Shown here: piece after piece, positions 52,687 to 64,000 of the stretch
Layout: every line of letters begins with the position of its first letter
How positions within the stretch are numbered: position 1 is the first letter of the stretch
Source of the DNA: Balanoglossus misakiensis
Lineage: Eukaryota; Animalia; Hemichordata
Assembly: GCA_040954595.2 (NCBI GenBank)
Contig: CM082581.2
Span: 372,001 to 436,000 of the forward strand
DNA length: 64,000 bases
Reading direction: 5' to 3'
Program-made: the position numbers and the translations under genes
The notes under the pieces: model-generated
Told to the model about the DNA's origin: nothing
The model's database searches: none
Seen by the model: the letters and a program-made list of their open reading frames with translations, nothing else

Positions 52687-53637
52687 TTATGGTGTAATAC
52701 GTGTACTACTTTCCTCAAGCAAGCACAGTTTGCGAACATCTCTACGCAATCTTCCTGTTTCAGTCTTCACTAGGACCTGGCGCACATTGCCGTACTGATC
52801 TGGGTAAGTTTGCTGAACTAGTCCTTTTGACCACTGTCCTCTTGGGATATTTTCCTCTACCACGATAACCAAATCTCCAACAGTCAGATTTCTCTTGGGC
52901 TTCAACCACTTCTGTCTCTGCTGAAGGGAAGTCAGGTATTCGTGTAGCCATCGTTTCCAAAACGAGTTCGCTATGAGATTAGCTTGGTTCCTTCTGTGAT
53001 TAGCTGTACTGGTCGTGACAGTGTCTGCAGGAGATGTGCATGGATTCGGCCTCAGTAGTAACAGGCTATTAGGCGTCAGTGCTTCAAGGTCATTCGGGTC
53101 ATCTGATTGACGGGTGAAAGGTCGATCATTGATAATCTTCTCCACCTCCGCCAAGACAGTAAGTAAAGTTTCGTCGTCAATTAGTTGGTTTCCAACCTGT
53201 GCTCGTAGGATTTTCCGCACTGAACGTATCATCCTTTCCCAAACTCCTCCAGTATGACTGGCTGCGGGTGCATTGAAATACCATTGGATATCCCTCTTGC
53301 GTAGACTATCAGTTATCTTCTCTTGATTCCAACTCGCTAGAGCTTCTTTGATTTCAGTTTCCGCTCCCCGGAAATTTGTTCCGTTGTCACTGTATACCGT
53401 TTTTGGTGGACCACGTCTGCTGACAAATCTCCATACTGCCTGAATAAATGAATCTGTGGATAAACTGTGGGTGACTTCAATATGCACAGCTCGTATGGCG
53501 AGACAGGTGAATATACATCCGTATCGTTTGGACGTTCCTCTTCTCCACTTGACTTTCAGAGGACCAAAGAAGTCGATTCCCACTGCAGGAAATGCACTCT
53601 CACCTGGAGTAACTCTTGGGGTTGGAAGTGGCGCCAT
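52687..53637 (-). pseudogene. BEL/Pao integrase catalytic core and C-terminal domain
   Basis: GIDFFGP, RAVHIE, RFVSRRG, YSDNGTNF, GGVWERMI, FWKRWLHEYL. Confidence 0.93.
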
Positions 53638-53638
53638 T

Positions 53639-54227
53639 AGAGAGGTTTAGTTACACGTAAATACGCGTACGTCTGACGGCAGGCAGTGGCGTTCGCGTAT
53701 GCGTAGCGACGCGTGAATTTTGCGGTTTAGTTGTCCGTTTTGAATAACAACAACAGTTAAAAACAATAGAAAACTCAAATATTTTTCACTTCAATAAATT
53801 TTGTGTGATGAATATTCTCTAAGATCACCACCCTTGCAATAAGTTTCTTGACTGCAGTGGAAAGATAGTTTAGTGAAGTTTTTCGATGTCTTTGTCGAGG
53901 CGTCCACTGAAAACGTAGTTTGGTAATACATTTTTGTGTTTATGTTTTGAAAACAACAAATAGCGCCGGTTTTAGCACATATGGCAGATTTTTTTAGATA
54001 ACATGGATGCTGGCTACATCACAATTGCACTGCAGAGATCAATCGCTCAAATTAAAGAGAGAATATCGAGAAATTCCGAAAAAATGTTACACGTAATCAT
54101 GATTACGCGTAGAAGCGTCGCTTGCCGTTCCGAACGTCTGTTCTACGCGTACGCGACCTCTGCTTGTCACGTGACAATGACGCTACGCGTACTGATCGAA
54201 CGTATTTACGTGTAACTAAACCTCTCT
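53639..54227. mobile_element. MITE (589 bp) inserted in the BEL integrase, PIF/Harbinger-like
   Basis: 27-bp perfect TIR agagaggtttagttacacgtaaatacg; flanks att / ttt (imperfect 3-bp TSD); removal restores GTQI-MAPLP. Confidence 0.85.
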
Positions 54228-54230
54228 TTT

Positions 54231-54489
54231 ATTTGCGTTCCAGGTCTTGCATTCCATCTCCTGCACACTACACATTTCCGCAGAATTCTTCTGACAGTAG
54301 CTTGGCCTCTCAAAATCCAATATTCTTTTCGGATTCTGGATAACACATGGGTGGTTCCTACGTGACCTTCCTGCTCATGGAAAAACTGAACAATTAATTC
54401 GGTCACTTGATGATTATGGGGTAGAATAATAGGATGTTTTGTGGTTTCATCTATGGGGGAGTTGTTTAGTCTTCCACCAACGTGTATAA
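54231..54489 (-). pseudogene. BEL/Pao integrase zinc-binding (HHCC) segment between two insertions
   Basis: IHVGGRL...KHPIILP...HEQEGHVG...YWILRG...CVVCRR; reading joins YKDGI upstream and MAPLP downstream once the insertions are removed. Confidence 0.88.
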
Positions 54490-56341
54490 GGCCAAAGTAA
54501 GTAAATTCTTTGTTTTGCGTCCACTCAAAATTCTAAAAGGTACGAGGGTAAGCGGTCAAAAAACACACACAAAAAAAATAACACAAAATTAGTTTGCCTT
54601 TATTTCAGAGTTTTTCTCGTGCAATATGCACATTTATGTAGTAGTGTGACACACTACTACAATATGATCAAAATACAATGTCATTTGTAGCCTTTAATCT
54701 GTCATTTGCTTTTCTTTTACGAGTTTTAGATTTCTTATTTGTGTGCTGAATGTGGCCACTGTCTCTACAAGTTCTGCAGACTGTTCCCTCATATCCGGTG
54801 TAATAGGGATGAGATGATTCCTGACCCACAAACATATCAAACATCAGGACTATTCAATCTGGCACTGTAGTAATGTGGAGAAACTTCCATCTGCCAAGTT
54901 TGGTTGATCACGATGAAACATTTCTGTGAAGAAATGTTTTTGAAAATTCTGTAAACAAAATACGAAAACATGCTTGAGTATAGTGATAACATCTCACTAC
55001 GAAGTATGATGCATATGCAAACCCATGAGATGATAATTTTCAATCTTAAAATATGACTGTATTGCAATAAACACAAATGTTCTACATTCACTGAACTTCA
55101 CAGTCCCACCACCTATTTTTACTGATCTACCACCATAGAATTTTCTTTTGCTTACCCACCCCCCTTTCTCTAGTACCATTTCACTGACAGAACGATTTGT
55201 AATGTTCACCATCATCTATTGGACCTAGATCTAAAAATCACAAATGAAATGAATTTTAAATATCAAATATTTGAAAATAAAATGTGACAAATATAACTGT
55301 TTCACACTTTATGAATATATTTAAAAACTGTCCAGGAAAACATCTAACAAAATCAAAAAAACATGTGACTGGATTTAAAAGACAGAAATCAAACCACAGG
55401 GGGCTCTCCCTCCGCGATTTTGTTTGTTTGTTTGTTTGTTGTTGTTATTGATTGGCATAATAAATAAATATGGTCACGTTTGTCTGTTGACATGTTAGGT
55501 ATAATATTCAACGGTCAGGGTTAGGGTCACGGTGTATTCAAAGGTCAGGTTGGAGTGCCATGGATAAAAAAAATGCCAACACTTACTCTAACCGTTGAAT
55601 ACATGTACACCATAACCCTGACCGTTGAATACTAGTATACCTTACATGTCAACAAACAAACGTGACCATATTTATTTATTATGCCAATCAATAACAACAA
55701 ACAAAATCGCGGAGGGAGAGCCCCCTGTGATCAAACAGCAACAAAGATTATTGTGTTCTGGCTTGACTATAAAAGTTTTCTCTACTAAGATAAATTAGTT
55801 ACCTGGGTATGGGGCCGCACAAAAGGTGAAAAACATCCTTTGGTAGACGAGGTGGTGACGATCGGCGACTGAAACACTGTCTGGCCGGCTTTATGGTACA
55901 TTCACCATGGCTTCCAGTAGCCGTGCAAAGTTTTGCGCGTCGGTCACTTCCATCCTGAACTAGTCAAGGATAGTTTTATCTTTTTCCGTAACCTTTAGGA
56001 CGACTTATTCGTTGGCTTCATTCATGTTAAATCACGGGGATCCCTGGCTTTCCCAGCAGACAGAGGAGATGCGCGGCGACAGGACGCGTGCAGCCAGCAG
56101 CGTGTGTTGACAGACTTCAACTACGAGCATGCGCAGTTGCTGTAGGGCGTACCGTTTTACGTCACACCATGATTAGAATAGGACTGCCGTAAAGTGGCAT
56201 TTGTCGAAATGTCATTTTTTTCGACAAAATACCGCCGTGGATTGGAAATTTATGCAAATGAGTTTTGTGTTATTTTTCTCAAAAAAGCCCGAAAACCTAC
56301 GCGCGCGCGGACGCAAAACAAAGAATTTACTTACTTTGGCC
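54490..56341 (-). mobile_element. Non-autonomous TIR transposon (1852 bp), TAA TSD, Zator-like
   Basis: 33-bp perfect TIR ggccaaagtaagtaaattctttgttttgcgtcc; TAA at 54487-54489 and 56342-56344; removal restores YKDGI-IHVGGRL; superfamily inferred from TWA TSD, GG termini and coding remnants. Confidence 0.85.
55395..55729. mobile_element. Palindromic MITE (335 bp), 7-bp TSD, P-element-like termini
   Basis: atcaaac|cacagggggctctccctccgcgattttg ... caaaatcgcggagggagagccccctgtg|atcaaac; about 100-bp inverted arms; a CANRG start with a 7-8 bp TSD is the P superfamily pattern. Confidence 0.85.
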
Positions 56342-56344
56342 TAA

Positions 56345-58310
56345 TGCCATCTTTGTAGATTGGACTGAGTCTGCAAAGTGGACTGGTATATCCTTCAGAA
56401 TCTGGTTTTCTGCTTGGATTCTTCAACTGTGTTGATATTTCCTTAGGAAACGCTTTCCGTTGAACGACTCTAATGACTTCTAAGGTAGCATCGGACACTT
56501 CTGACACCGTTAGAGCACCAACCGGAACTTTACCATTTCCGCCATTCTCAATGCGAGCTCGGAGATACTTCTTGTATCGTAAAATCCAAGCGACAGATTT
56601 GCAAAGTTTGTACCATGACGAAAATCTGTGAATTAACGAATGGATGATATCAGTGTCATCTGTCTGGTTGCTGTTTACCACTGCGCATACCTTTGCCATT
56701 TTCAATTCGTTGTCCTCATCCGATATTCTTGGTAAGTCGGTAGGTTGGGTTGGCCAGTTTCCTTCAGATTTCCAGAGAAATTCTGGACCTTCGAACCACA
56801 GTTTGGACTTCGCTTTGGCGGCATTCAAGGTAATACCTCGGGAGGCACAATCAGCTGGATTGAGTTGTGAAGGAACATGATGCCATTGTGACGGTAGTGT
56901 TGCATCGTGTATTAGTTGTAGGCGGTTGGCTACAAAGGTCTTGAAGCGTCTTGTTGAGCTGCAGATATATTGTATAACAATGGTAGAGTCTGTCCAGAAT
57001 CGCTCTCGATGGATAGGAAATTGAAGTTCTTCTTTTATCTGTTTGCTGACTTTAACGGCCACTGTTGCTGCTGTCAATTCCAATCTTGGTACTGTAATGG
57101 TCTTCAGTGGAGCAACTCTAGATTTGCCAGTCACGAGGCTGCAGTGAAAATTACCACCTTTGTCAATAAACCGTAGGTAGGAAACAACCCCATATCCTTC
57201 CGTTGAAGCATCGCAGAAATGATGAATTTCTATAGATTGTGGCTGGCCAAAACCTGGAGGTGTGTAACACCGTGGAATTACCATGGCTTTTAACATCGGT
57301 AACTCCTGTAACCATTCACGCCAAACAACTAGATATTTCACTGGTATGGCTTCATCCCATCCACATCCTTCTTTGCATAATTCTTGTAATATGCGCTTAG
57401 CCGGCAATACAAATGGTGCAACAAATCCTAGTGGGTCGTACACAGATACTACAACTGAGAGAATCCCTCTTCGAGTTTCACTTTTACTTTCCTTGCCAAC
57501 TCTGAAGCTCATAGTATCTTCTTGAATGTCCCATTGTACACCAAGAGCTCTGTCAACTGGTAAGTCTTCCAGGTCTAAATTCATCACATATGGCGCCCTT
57601 TCTTCTGACGGGATGGAGGACAATACTTCTGTGCAATTAGAAATCCATTTGGTCAGATGAAATCCACCATTAGACAAAAGGGCTGAAACTTCAGTGATGA
57701 GTCTCTTGGCTGTGTCCACGGCAAGTACTGATTTTAAGAAATCATCCACGTAGAAATTTCTGTAGACAGCATCTATGATGTCCGAGTCGAAGTTACTTCT
57801 ATTGTCATCAGCTGTTCTCCGGAGGGCGTATGCTGAACAACTAGGTGATGATGTCGCGCCAAACAAATGAACAAGCATTTGATGATCGACGGGCTCCTTT
57901 GTGAGGTCACCGTTAGGCCACCATAGGAATCGCAGGACATCACAATCTTCGGGGTCGACATGAACTTGGTGAAACATTTGCTTGATATCAGCAACCACTG
58001 CAACAGGATACTGACGGAACCGTAGCAAGACTCCAACCAAGGAATTGGTCAAATCCGGACCCTGCAGGAGTTGATCGTTCAGTGAAGTTCCTCCACATAT
58101 GGCAGCACAATCGAAGACGACTCTCACCTTTTCTGGTTTCATGGGATGCGTCACCGGATGATGAGGTAGGTACCATAACCGTCTATCGTCTTCTTTGTTT
58201 TCATCAGATACTTCTTTTGCATGACCTTGTACAATATAGTCTTGTATAGTTGTACTGTACTTTTCATGGAGATCTGGATCTTTAAGTAGACGTCTTTTGA
58301 GTAGGTTGAT
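56345..58310 (-). pseudogene. BEL/Pao reverse transcriptase and RNase H
   Basis: [77 protein letters not shown]. Confidence 0.93.
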
Positions 58311-58319
58311 GACATGCAT

Positions 58320-59224
58320 TCTTTAGTATCCACTAGATTTTCGTTGAAGTCGGCATTGTACATCCCTTCCAATTGTGATGAAATGGACTCCATACCTTTG
58401 ATAGAAGTATCACTGTCGATGATCTGGTCCATATTGATAAAGTTGATTGATGAGTTGGTTTCTTTCTTTCCTTTCATCGGCCCAATCAACGTCCATCCAA
58501 GTAATGTTCGGATTGCGTATGGTTGTTTTCTCCCGGCACGTCTTTCCTCCAGGACCCAGTGTGCTTCTGGAATGTCGTTACCGATCAGGATTGTGACTTC
58601 CTTGTTCTGCAATTCTGGTAATTCAACATCCTTCAGATGAGACCATTCCTTCGTATCCTCTGCTGTTGGTATACTGTTTGCCGTTATGGGAAGTTTGTCC
58701 GTCGTCCATACCTTATCAAGATGAACACTTTGATTTCTATGTAGACCTCGTACATCTAATTTAACTTCACGTCCATACTTCTTCGTTTCAGCATCAAGTG
58801 TGGAAAGTGTATATGTAATGGGTTGTCCACCCAAACCAAGTCTGTCTGCTAGAGATGAGAGACATATTGTTGTGTCTGAACCATTGTCCAGGAATGCATA
58901 AGTTTCAATCTCTGCTCCTCCCTCCACTCCACTTACTCGGACTGGTACAACTTGTAGGCTGATACGTGGCTTGTTTGTCCTGGTTGCTTTACAATGAACG
59001 GTGTTACCGGCCCCATTGGTTACTTCAGAATTCCCGTCACTTTTCTCGTCTTTATTCTTCCCAAGACGTGTTGTGGGTGGAGCTGGTCTACCACTTCCAC
59101 TGGGATACACTTCATTTGACGACTGGCTAGGATGTGACGATACTGGGTGTAGTAATGGGTGGTGAAGTCTTCCACAGTCAGTTACTGGACAAAACAATCC
59201 ACTTTTGCAGTTTTTAGCGAAGTG
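58320..59224 (-). pseudogene. BEL/Pao third knuckle and aspartic protease
   Basis: CPVTDCGRLHHPLLH; LQVVPVRV...ETYAFLDNGSD; ILIGND; PYAIRTLLGWTLIGP; frameshift near 58315. Confidence 0.88.
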
Positions 59225-59227
59225 TCA

Positions 59228-61273
59228 AGGGGTTGCTTCCAGACAACAATCACAGAGGTTCTGTTTTCGCACAAACGTTTTCTTCTCCATGAACGACTTC
59301 CTGGCAAACTTCCGGCATCTCTGCAGTTGGTGTTGTCCTTGGCAGAAAAGACATCTAATTTCTCTCTTGGATTGGCAGTAGGGTTTGTCTTGCGTCTTGC
59401 CGTACATTTCATGACCCACTTGAGTGGTCAAAGTAGTAGCCTTGGTGAATTGTTTGACCCTGGACTATACGTCTCTCTCTGGTTCTGGTTTTGATCCAAC
59501 CAACATCCCGAATCTTGTATTGGCCAAGGCTGCTCGCTTCTCCAAAAACGCTGTCAGATGGATGAATTCTGGTTCAATACCGGAGTAAATCATTCTTCCA
59601 GCTTCTTTTGCCCAATCTGCTTGTAGAAATGTAGGTAGGCGTCTCACTATCTTCTCCAATGTATCCATGGAGTTCAGATCAGCGGTGTATTTCATTTGGC
59701 TGGAACACATATGACAATTATTCATGTCACGTGCCAACTGTAGCAACTTTGATGTGTCCGTGGCCTTGATCTGTGGTCCCTTGACGACTTTGTCTATGGT
59801 GGCATGGACGATCGTGTGTTTCTGGCCGAAATTCTGGTATAATATTTTCCTTGCTTCAGTGTAACCTTGTTCTGGAGGTAGAATCACACAGTTCTTGATT
59901 GCTTCTTTGGCTGGTCCAGTGCAGTATTGGATGAGATAAGCCAATCTAGTGCCATCATCGGTTGTTCCGTTTACAATGTTTATCTCAAAATTTCTGATGA
60001 ACGTGGGGTACACTACTGGGTCACCATTAAACGATAGGAATTCCCGCTTCGGCAAATTCAAACTAGTTACAAGTGCTTGCGTGGCTTCACTCTGTTGTCT
60101 TATCATACTCTGTAGGATTTCGTGTTGCCCATCCCGCAATGGACTTGGTTCATTTCTATAAAGTTGTTCCCCAATATTGTGGTCCACGGGCTGCCATTCT
60201 GGTGCATTCGGATTTAATGCTGCCACATTGCCCTCCAACTGTTTCACATTTTCGGACAGCGGTCTGTCTTTAAGCAAAGTTGTTGTTGTGTTGAACCGGG
60301 AAACTTCTACTGGGGGACCACTCGACAATACATGGGGGTGATAATCTTGAAAAGACTGGAAATACCTGTCAATCTTCTCACTTGGACTGGTCATCCTTGC
60401 TTCACTTGTATCAACAAAATATTCTTTGGAATGAAACGAAGTTCCCTCTTCTGCTAATTCAGCCTCCATTTCAGCCTGTTTTAACTTCTGTTGAACGTCT
60501 AGAATCTTCAATGTTGACTGCATCTTTATTTCTTCTTCTCGAAGTCGCAGATCACGAAGCTTGGCTTTGGCTTCTTCTTCTTGCTGTATCTTTTCAAGTT
60601 CAAGCTGGGTTTCCAATATCTTCCTTCTTGCAATTCTTGAAGCTCGACTTGCCTTTGAACTCGATAAAGAACATATATTACTTGTCTGCCGGTTACCATT
60701 TCCATAAGACGTTTGACTATGTGATTTCTTTTTTACAGATTTTACCTGGTCCTTGGTAGAGTGACGTGAATTTTTGGAAGCCGCTGAACCGTTGACATCA
60801 TCCTCTTGTGAAGCTGGTGGCACTTCTGGCTCCAACCCACGTGACGGAGTTGTTATCGTGATTCGATGAGACGAAATCCAGTTCTTCAGGCGTTGTTCCA
60901 GACACTCTTTTCTGTTAACTTCAGATTCGTGTTCAAGTCGTACACTTTCTTGTTCGGACCTTGAAAGATGTTTCTGATATTCATAACAAGTATTTGTATA
61001 TGAAGTAAAAATCCTATCCAAGTCTTCTTTCTTTTTGGTAACTGCTTGGTAGTCAGGCGACGACATTAACATGGTCTCTACATCCATGTAAATACGTGTC
61101 ATATGGCCGCGGTAAGCGATAATTGATCTCCTTAATTTGAGAACTAAATCAATCGGCTTACCGGCTTTTTCTTCTCTTGTTGAGCTAGCTGTTTTTGATG
61201 AACTGCTACTCTTGACGGAGACAGGGCCTGGTGCTGCTGGAACGTGGAACACCTCGTCGTTTCCAGTTGCCAT
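59228..61273 (-). pseudogene. BEL/Pao gag (coiled-coil region, DUF1759-type capsid region, zinc knuckles) with in-frame stops
   Basis: LPKREFLSFNGDPVVYPTF...RLAYLIQYCTGPAKEAI; CLFCQGQHQLQRC and CDCCL...*HFAKNC knuckles; in-frame TAG at 59465-59467 and TGA at 59225-59227. Confidence 0.88.
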
Positions 61274-61339
61274 GACTTTCTAATGTATCTGCTAGTACAC
61301 GGTTACACCAGGTTTCAGTCCAACGTCATCTGAGAACTA

Positions 61340-61997
61340 TGTAGGATCCAATTCCTACTTGCATGGGCCCCTGGAGTACACACTCTGGACACTCGTGTTG
61401 TATAAAAATTCTCCTTTTATTTTACTGTCTACGAGGAGCAAACTGTTCGGTGCATACAAAATAGACCGTGCACGACGTAATAACACGGTTCTAATACTGG
61501 TATAACACTGGTATAACACGGGTACAACACGGTTCTGTATAAACAAATACATAGACGAAATAAATTCAAGTAAGTATTCAAAGGTAAATGTAAAATGCCG
61601 ATACAGAAGTTCAAACTCAATTACAAAGCAAATTCCAAAAATACAGCGTTTACAGGTAAGTAAATTCAAATCAATTCTACTCAATCGCTCAAAATTAATG
61701 GTTTATAAATGAAGTAGTCTGCGTCCTGGATAGCCGCTGCTTCTGTTGAAAGACCGCTCTGTATCGCTAAATAAAACAGGTAAGTCTTACCGCAGATGGT
61801 GACGCTTTTAGGGGTTCAAAAAGCATGCAGTGCAGTGCTCACAAACATGTAGCCTAGAAGGCCTGACGATGAAATGAAAACTTGCACACTGGCGAGGTGC
61901 CAATTTATAGTGAAAAGGAAATTTGCATATTGGATAACCACTATGTGCATGTGCACCTGCACACACAGCCATCCAATCAGGGAGGACTGCACTTACA
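61340..61997 (-). repeat. Putative 5' LTR of the BEL/Pao element (about 658 bp)
   Basis: Minus strand begins TGTAAG at the satellite junction and ends CCTACA about 65 bp before the gag ATG; TATA-like ctataaa at about 61904-61910 and AATAAA at about 61416-61421; no second LTR confirms the inner boundary. Confidence 0.6.
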
Positions 61998-64000
61998 CCG
62001 GCTCTATATGACACAGACTGGCGTAAGTTATCAACGGTGATTACGTCGGATTTCCTACGGCCTGGTTTAGCTGAAGCTAAAGACGTTGGCTAAGTCCGGC
62101 AAACAGAAGAGGGAAAGTCACAGCGGTTCAACACTTGACATTTGTTCGGGTAGGACTGCATTATTGCCTGTCAATTTCTAGAGAAAGCCCAAATTTAACC
62201 AGGGCGTTTCAAACACCGACGTTAGTTGGGGGCACGGCCTGCAGTACTGCCGGGTAAGCTGACATCGGCGTACCGCATATAATAAAGGGGGGGGGGGAAC
62301 AGAACGGTTCAATACTACATTTATTAGATATCAGCTAATTTTGGACAATCATCTAAAATCTAAATCATTTTTTCATATTTGGATATCTGATGATGTATGA
62401 AATTTCCATTATATGTAAAAATGGTGCTGATTATAAAAAATGCATTCTGATTTAATACAAAATTGCGTTTTAATCTTTTTTGCACCAAAAAGGTCATTTT
62501 TAGGCAAAACATTCTTTATTTTTTTAATTCGGTGACCTGATCATATATAAACAATTGCTTGTATGTTAAAAGTTTTTATGACTTTTAAAAGCAGTGACAC
62601 TGGCGGCATTTAACACGAAAATAACAATTTTAGCCACAATTTGGTCAAAATGGTAAATTTTTGAAAATTACAAAAAATACCTGTTTTCTACATTTTCGGA
62701 AATCTGATGGAGTATAGAATGCTCTTCGTATATATATATCGATACAAATTCCACAAAAGACCGTCTTATTTGGCTCACTTCAGACAAAATTGCGTTTTAC
62801 CAAATTTTTCTTGAAAATGTAATTTTTAGAAGAAAAATAAAAAAAACCTTTGTTCTTCGAATTTGGTGCCCTGATCATATATGACATGTTGATTGTATGT
62901 TAAAACTTTCGACCACTCCAAAAATGCAGAGATATTGACGGAATTCAAGAAAAAATAGCCATTTTGGCCATATTTTGACACAAATGGTAAATTTTTAAAA
63001 AATCATAAAAAATTAACTCTTTTCTTCATTTTCGGAAATATTATGGAGCATGAAGTGTCGTTCTCTTGTAAAAAGTGCTGCAAATTCCAGAAAAGGCGGT
63101 ATAATTTGAATCACCCAAGACAAAATTACCATTTTCGACTTTTTTTTCGAAAAATTGTCTTTTTTACAAAATAAATAAGAATAAATTCTTTTCTTAGTTT
63201 CAAACGGGTAGAGATACTTTCCACACGGGTTTTCTAACATTGAATTCCCGTTCATCAACTCAGATTTCCTACAGCATAAGTCGGCTAAAACCCTGACACT
63301 CTAGAGCAGAAACAGTTGCACACTGGTAACGTTGAACAAGTCGATTTTTCTATGGCCTGGCTCGGCTAAATCTCCGTCACAATATGACAGACACTAGCGT
63401 ACGTTAGCAACGGTGATCAAGTCAGATTTTCTACGGCATGGCTTGGATAAAGCCCCGGCACTCTAGAGCAGAAACACGCGTACAGAGACCACGTTGATCA
63501 AGTCTGATCTCCTACGGCTTGGCTCGACTAAAACCCCGGCACACTATGACAGACACTAGCGTTCGTTAGCAACGTCGATCAAGTCAGATTTCCTACGGCA
63601 TGGCTTGGCTAAAGCCCTGGCACTCTAGAGCAGAAACACGCGTACAGAGACCACGTTGATCTACTCACATTTCCTTCGGCCTGGCACGGCTGATGCCCCG
63701 GCACTATATATAGGACACAGACTGGCGTAAGTTAACAACGGTAATCACGTCGGGTTTCCTACGGCCTGGCTCAGCTGAAGCCCCGGCACTCTAGAGCAGA
63801 AACAGGCGTACATTGACCACGTTGATCAAGTCAGATTTCCTACGGCGTGACTCGGCTGGTGCACCGGCTCTATATGAGACAGACTGGCGTAAGTTTTCAA
63901 CGGTGATTACGTCGGATTTCCTACGGCCTGGTTTAGCTGAAGCCCCGGCACTTTAGAGCGGAAACACGCGTACATTGACCACGATGATCAAGTCAGATCT

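Larger units (their letters stand above)
52649..61997 (-). mobile_element. BEL/Pao LTR retrotransposon, degenerate; 5' LTR present, 3' LTR and PPT missing; three nested insertions
   Basis: Domain order gag-PR-RT-RH-IN; flanked on both sides by macrosatellite subunit 8 sequence. Confidence 0.93.
36880..64000. repeat. Macrosatellite of about 2.05 kb, at least 8 units, running off the window; each unit has an about 230-bp GC-richer segment, a poly-G tract, an about 950-bp AT-rich block and 11 x about 81-bp subunits
   Basis: gtacaaagacg anchor at about 36951, 38848, 40898, 42951, 45002, 47036, 50872 and (truncated) about 62079; interrupted by Tc1 and BEL insertions. Confidence 0.97.

Noticed and set aside
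59225-59467. Programmed stop-codon readthrough in BEL gag
   Set aside because: BEL/Pao elements normally have one continuous ORF; the second stop falls inside a zinc knuckle (likely GGA>TGA) and the element has other lesions, so decay is the simpler explanation

Overview
Gene-poor, repeat-saturated eukaryotic DNA, most like a marine invertebrate genome (inference from repeat content only). No host protein-coding gene, rRNA, tRNA or CRISPR array is supported. Layout: 1-9.5 kb dispersed repeats and MITEs; 9.6-22.8 kb a cluster of unrelated micro-, mini- and short satellites; 25.1-35.8 kb two back-to-back large inverted duplications (about 2 kb arms, about 1.2 kb spacers) fused at a 5-bp microhomology; 36.9 kb to the window end a hierarchical macrosatellite of about 2.05 kb (at least 8 units, each with 11 x 81-bp subunits plus an AT-rich block). 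The array carries (i) an intact Tc1-type transposon whose catalytic triad has an atypical DD42E spacing and (ii) a degenerate, one-LTR BEL/Pao retrotransposon that hosts three nested DNA-transposon insertions. The best candidates for novelty are the DD42E element, the double palindrome and the macrosatellite architecture. All coordinates were read by eye, family assignments come from recalled motifs, and no alignments or database searches were run.
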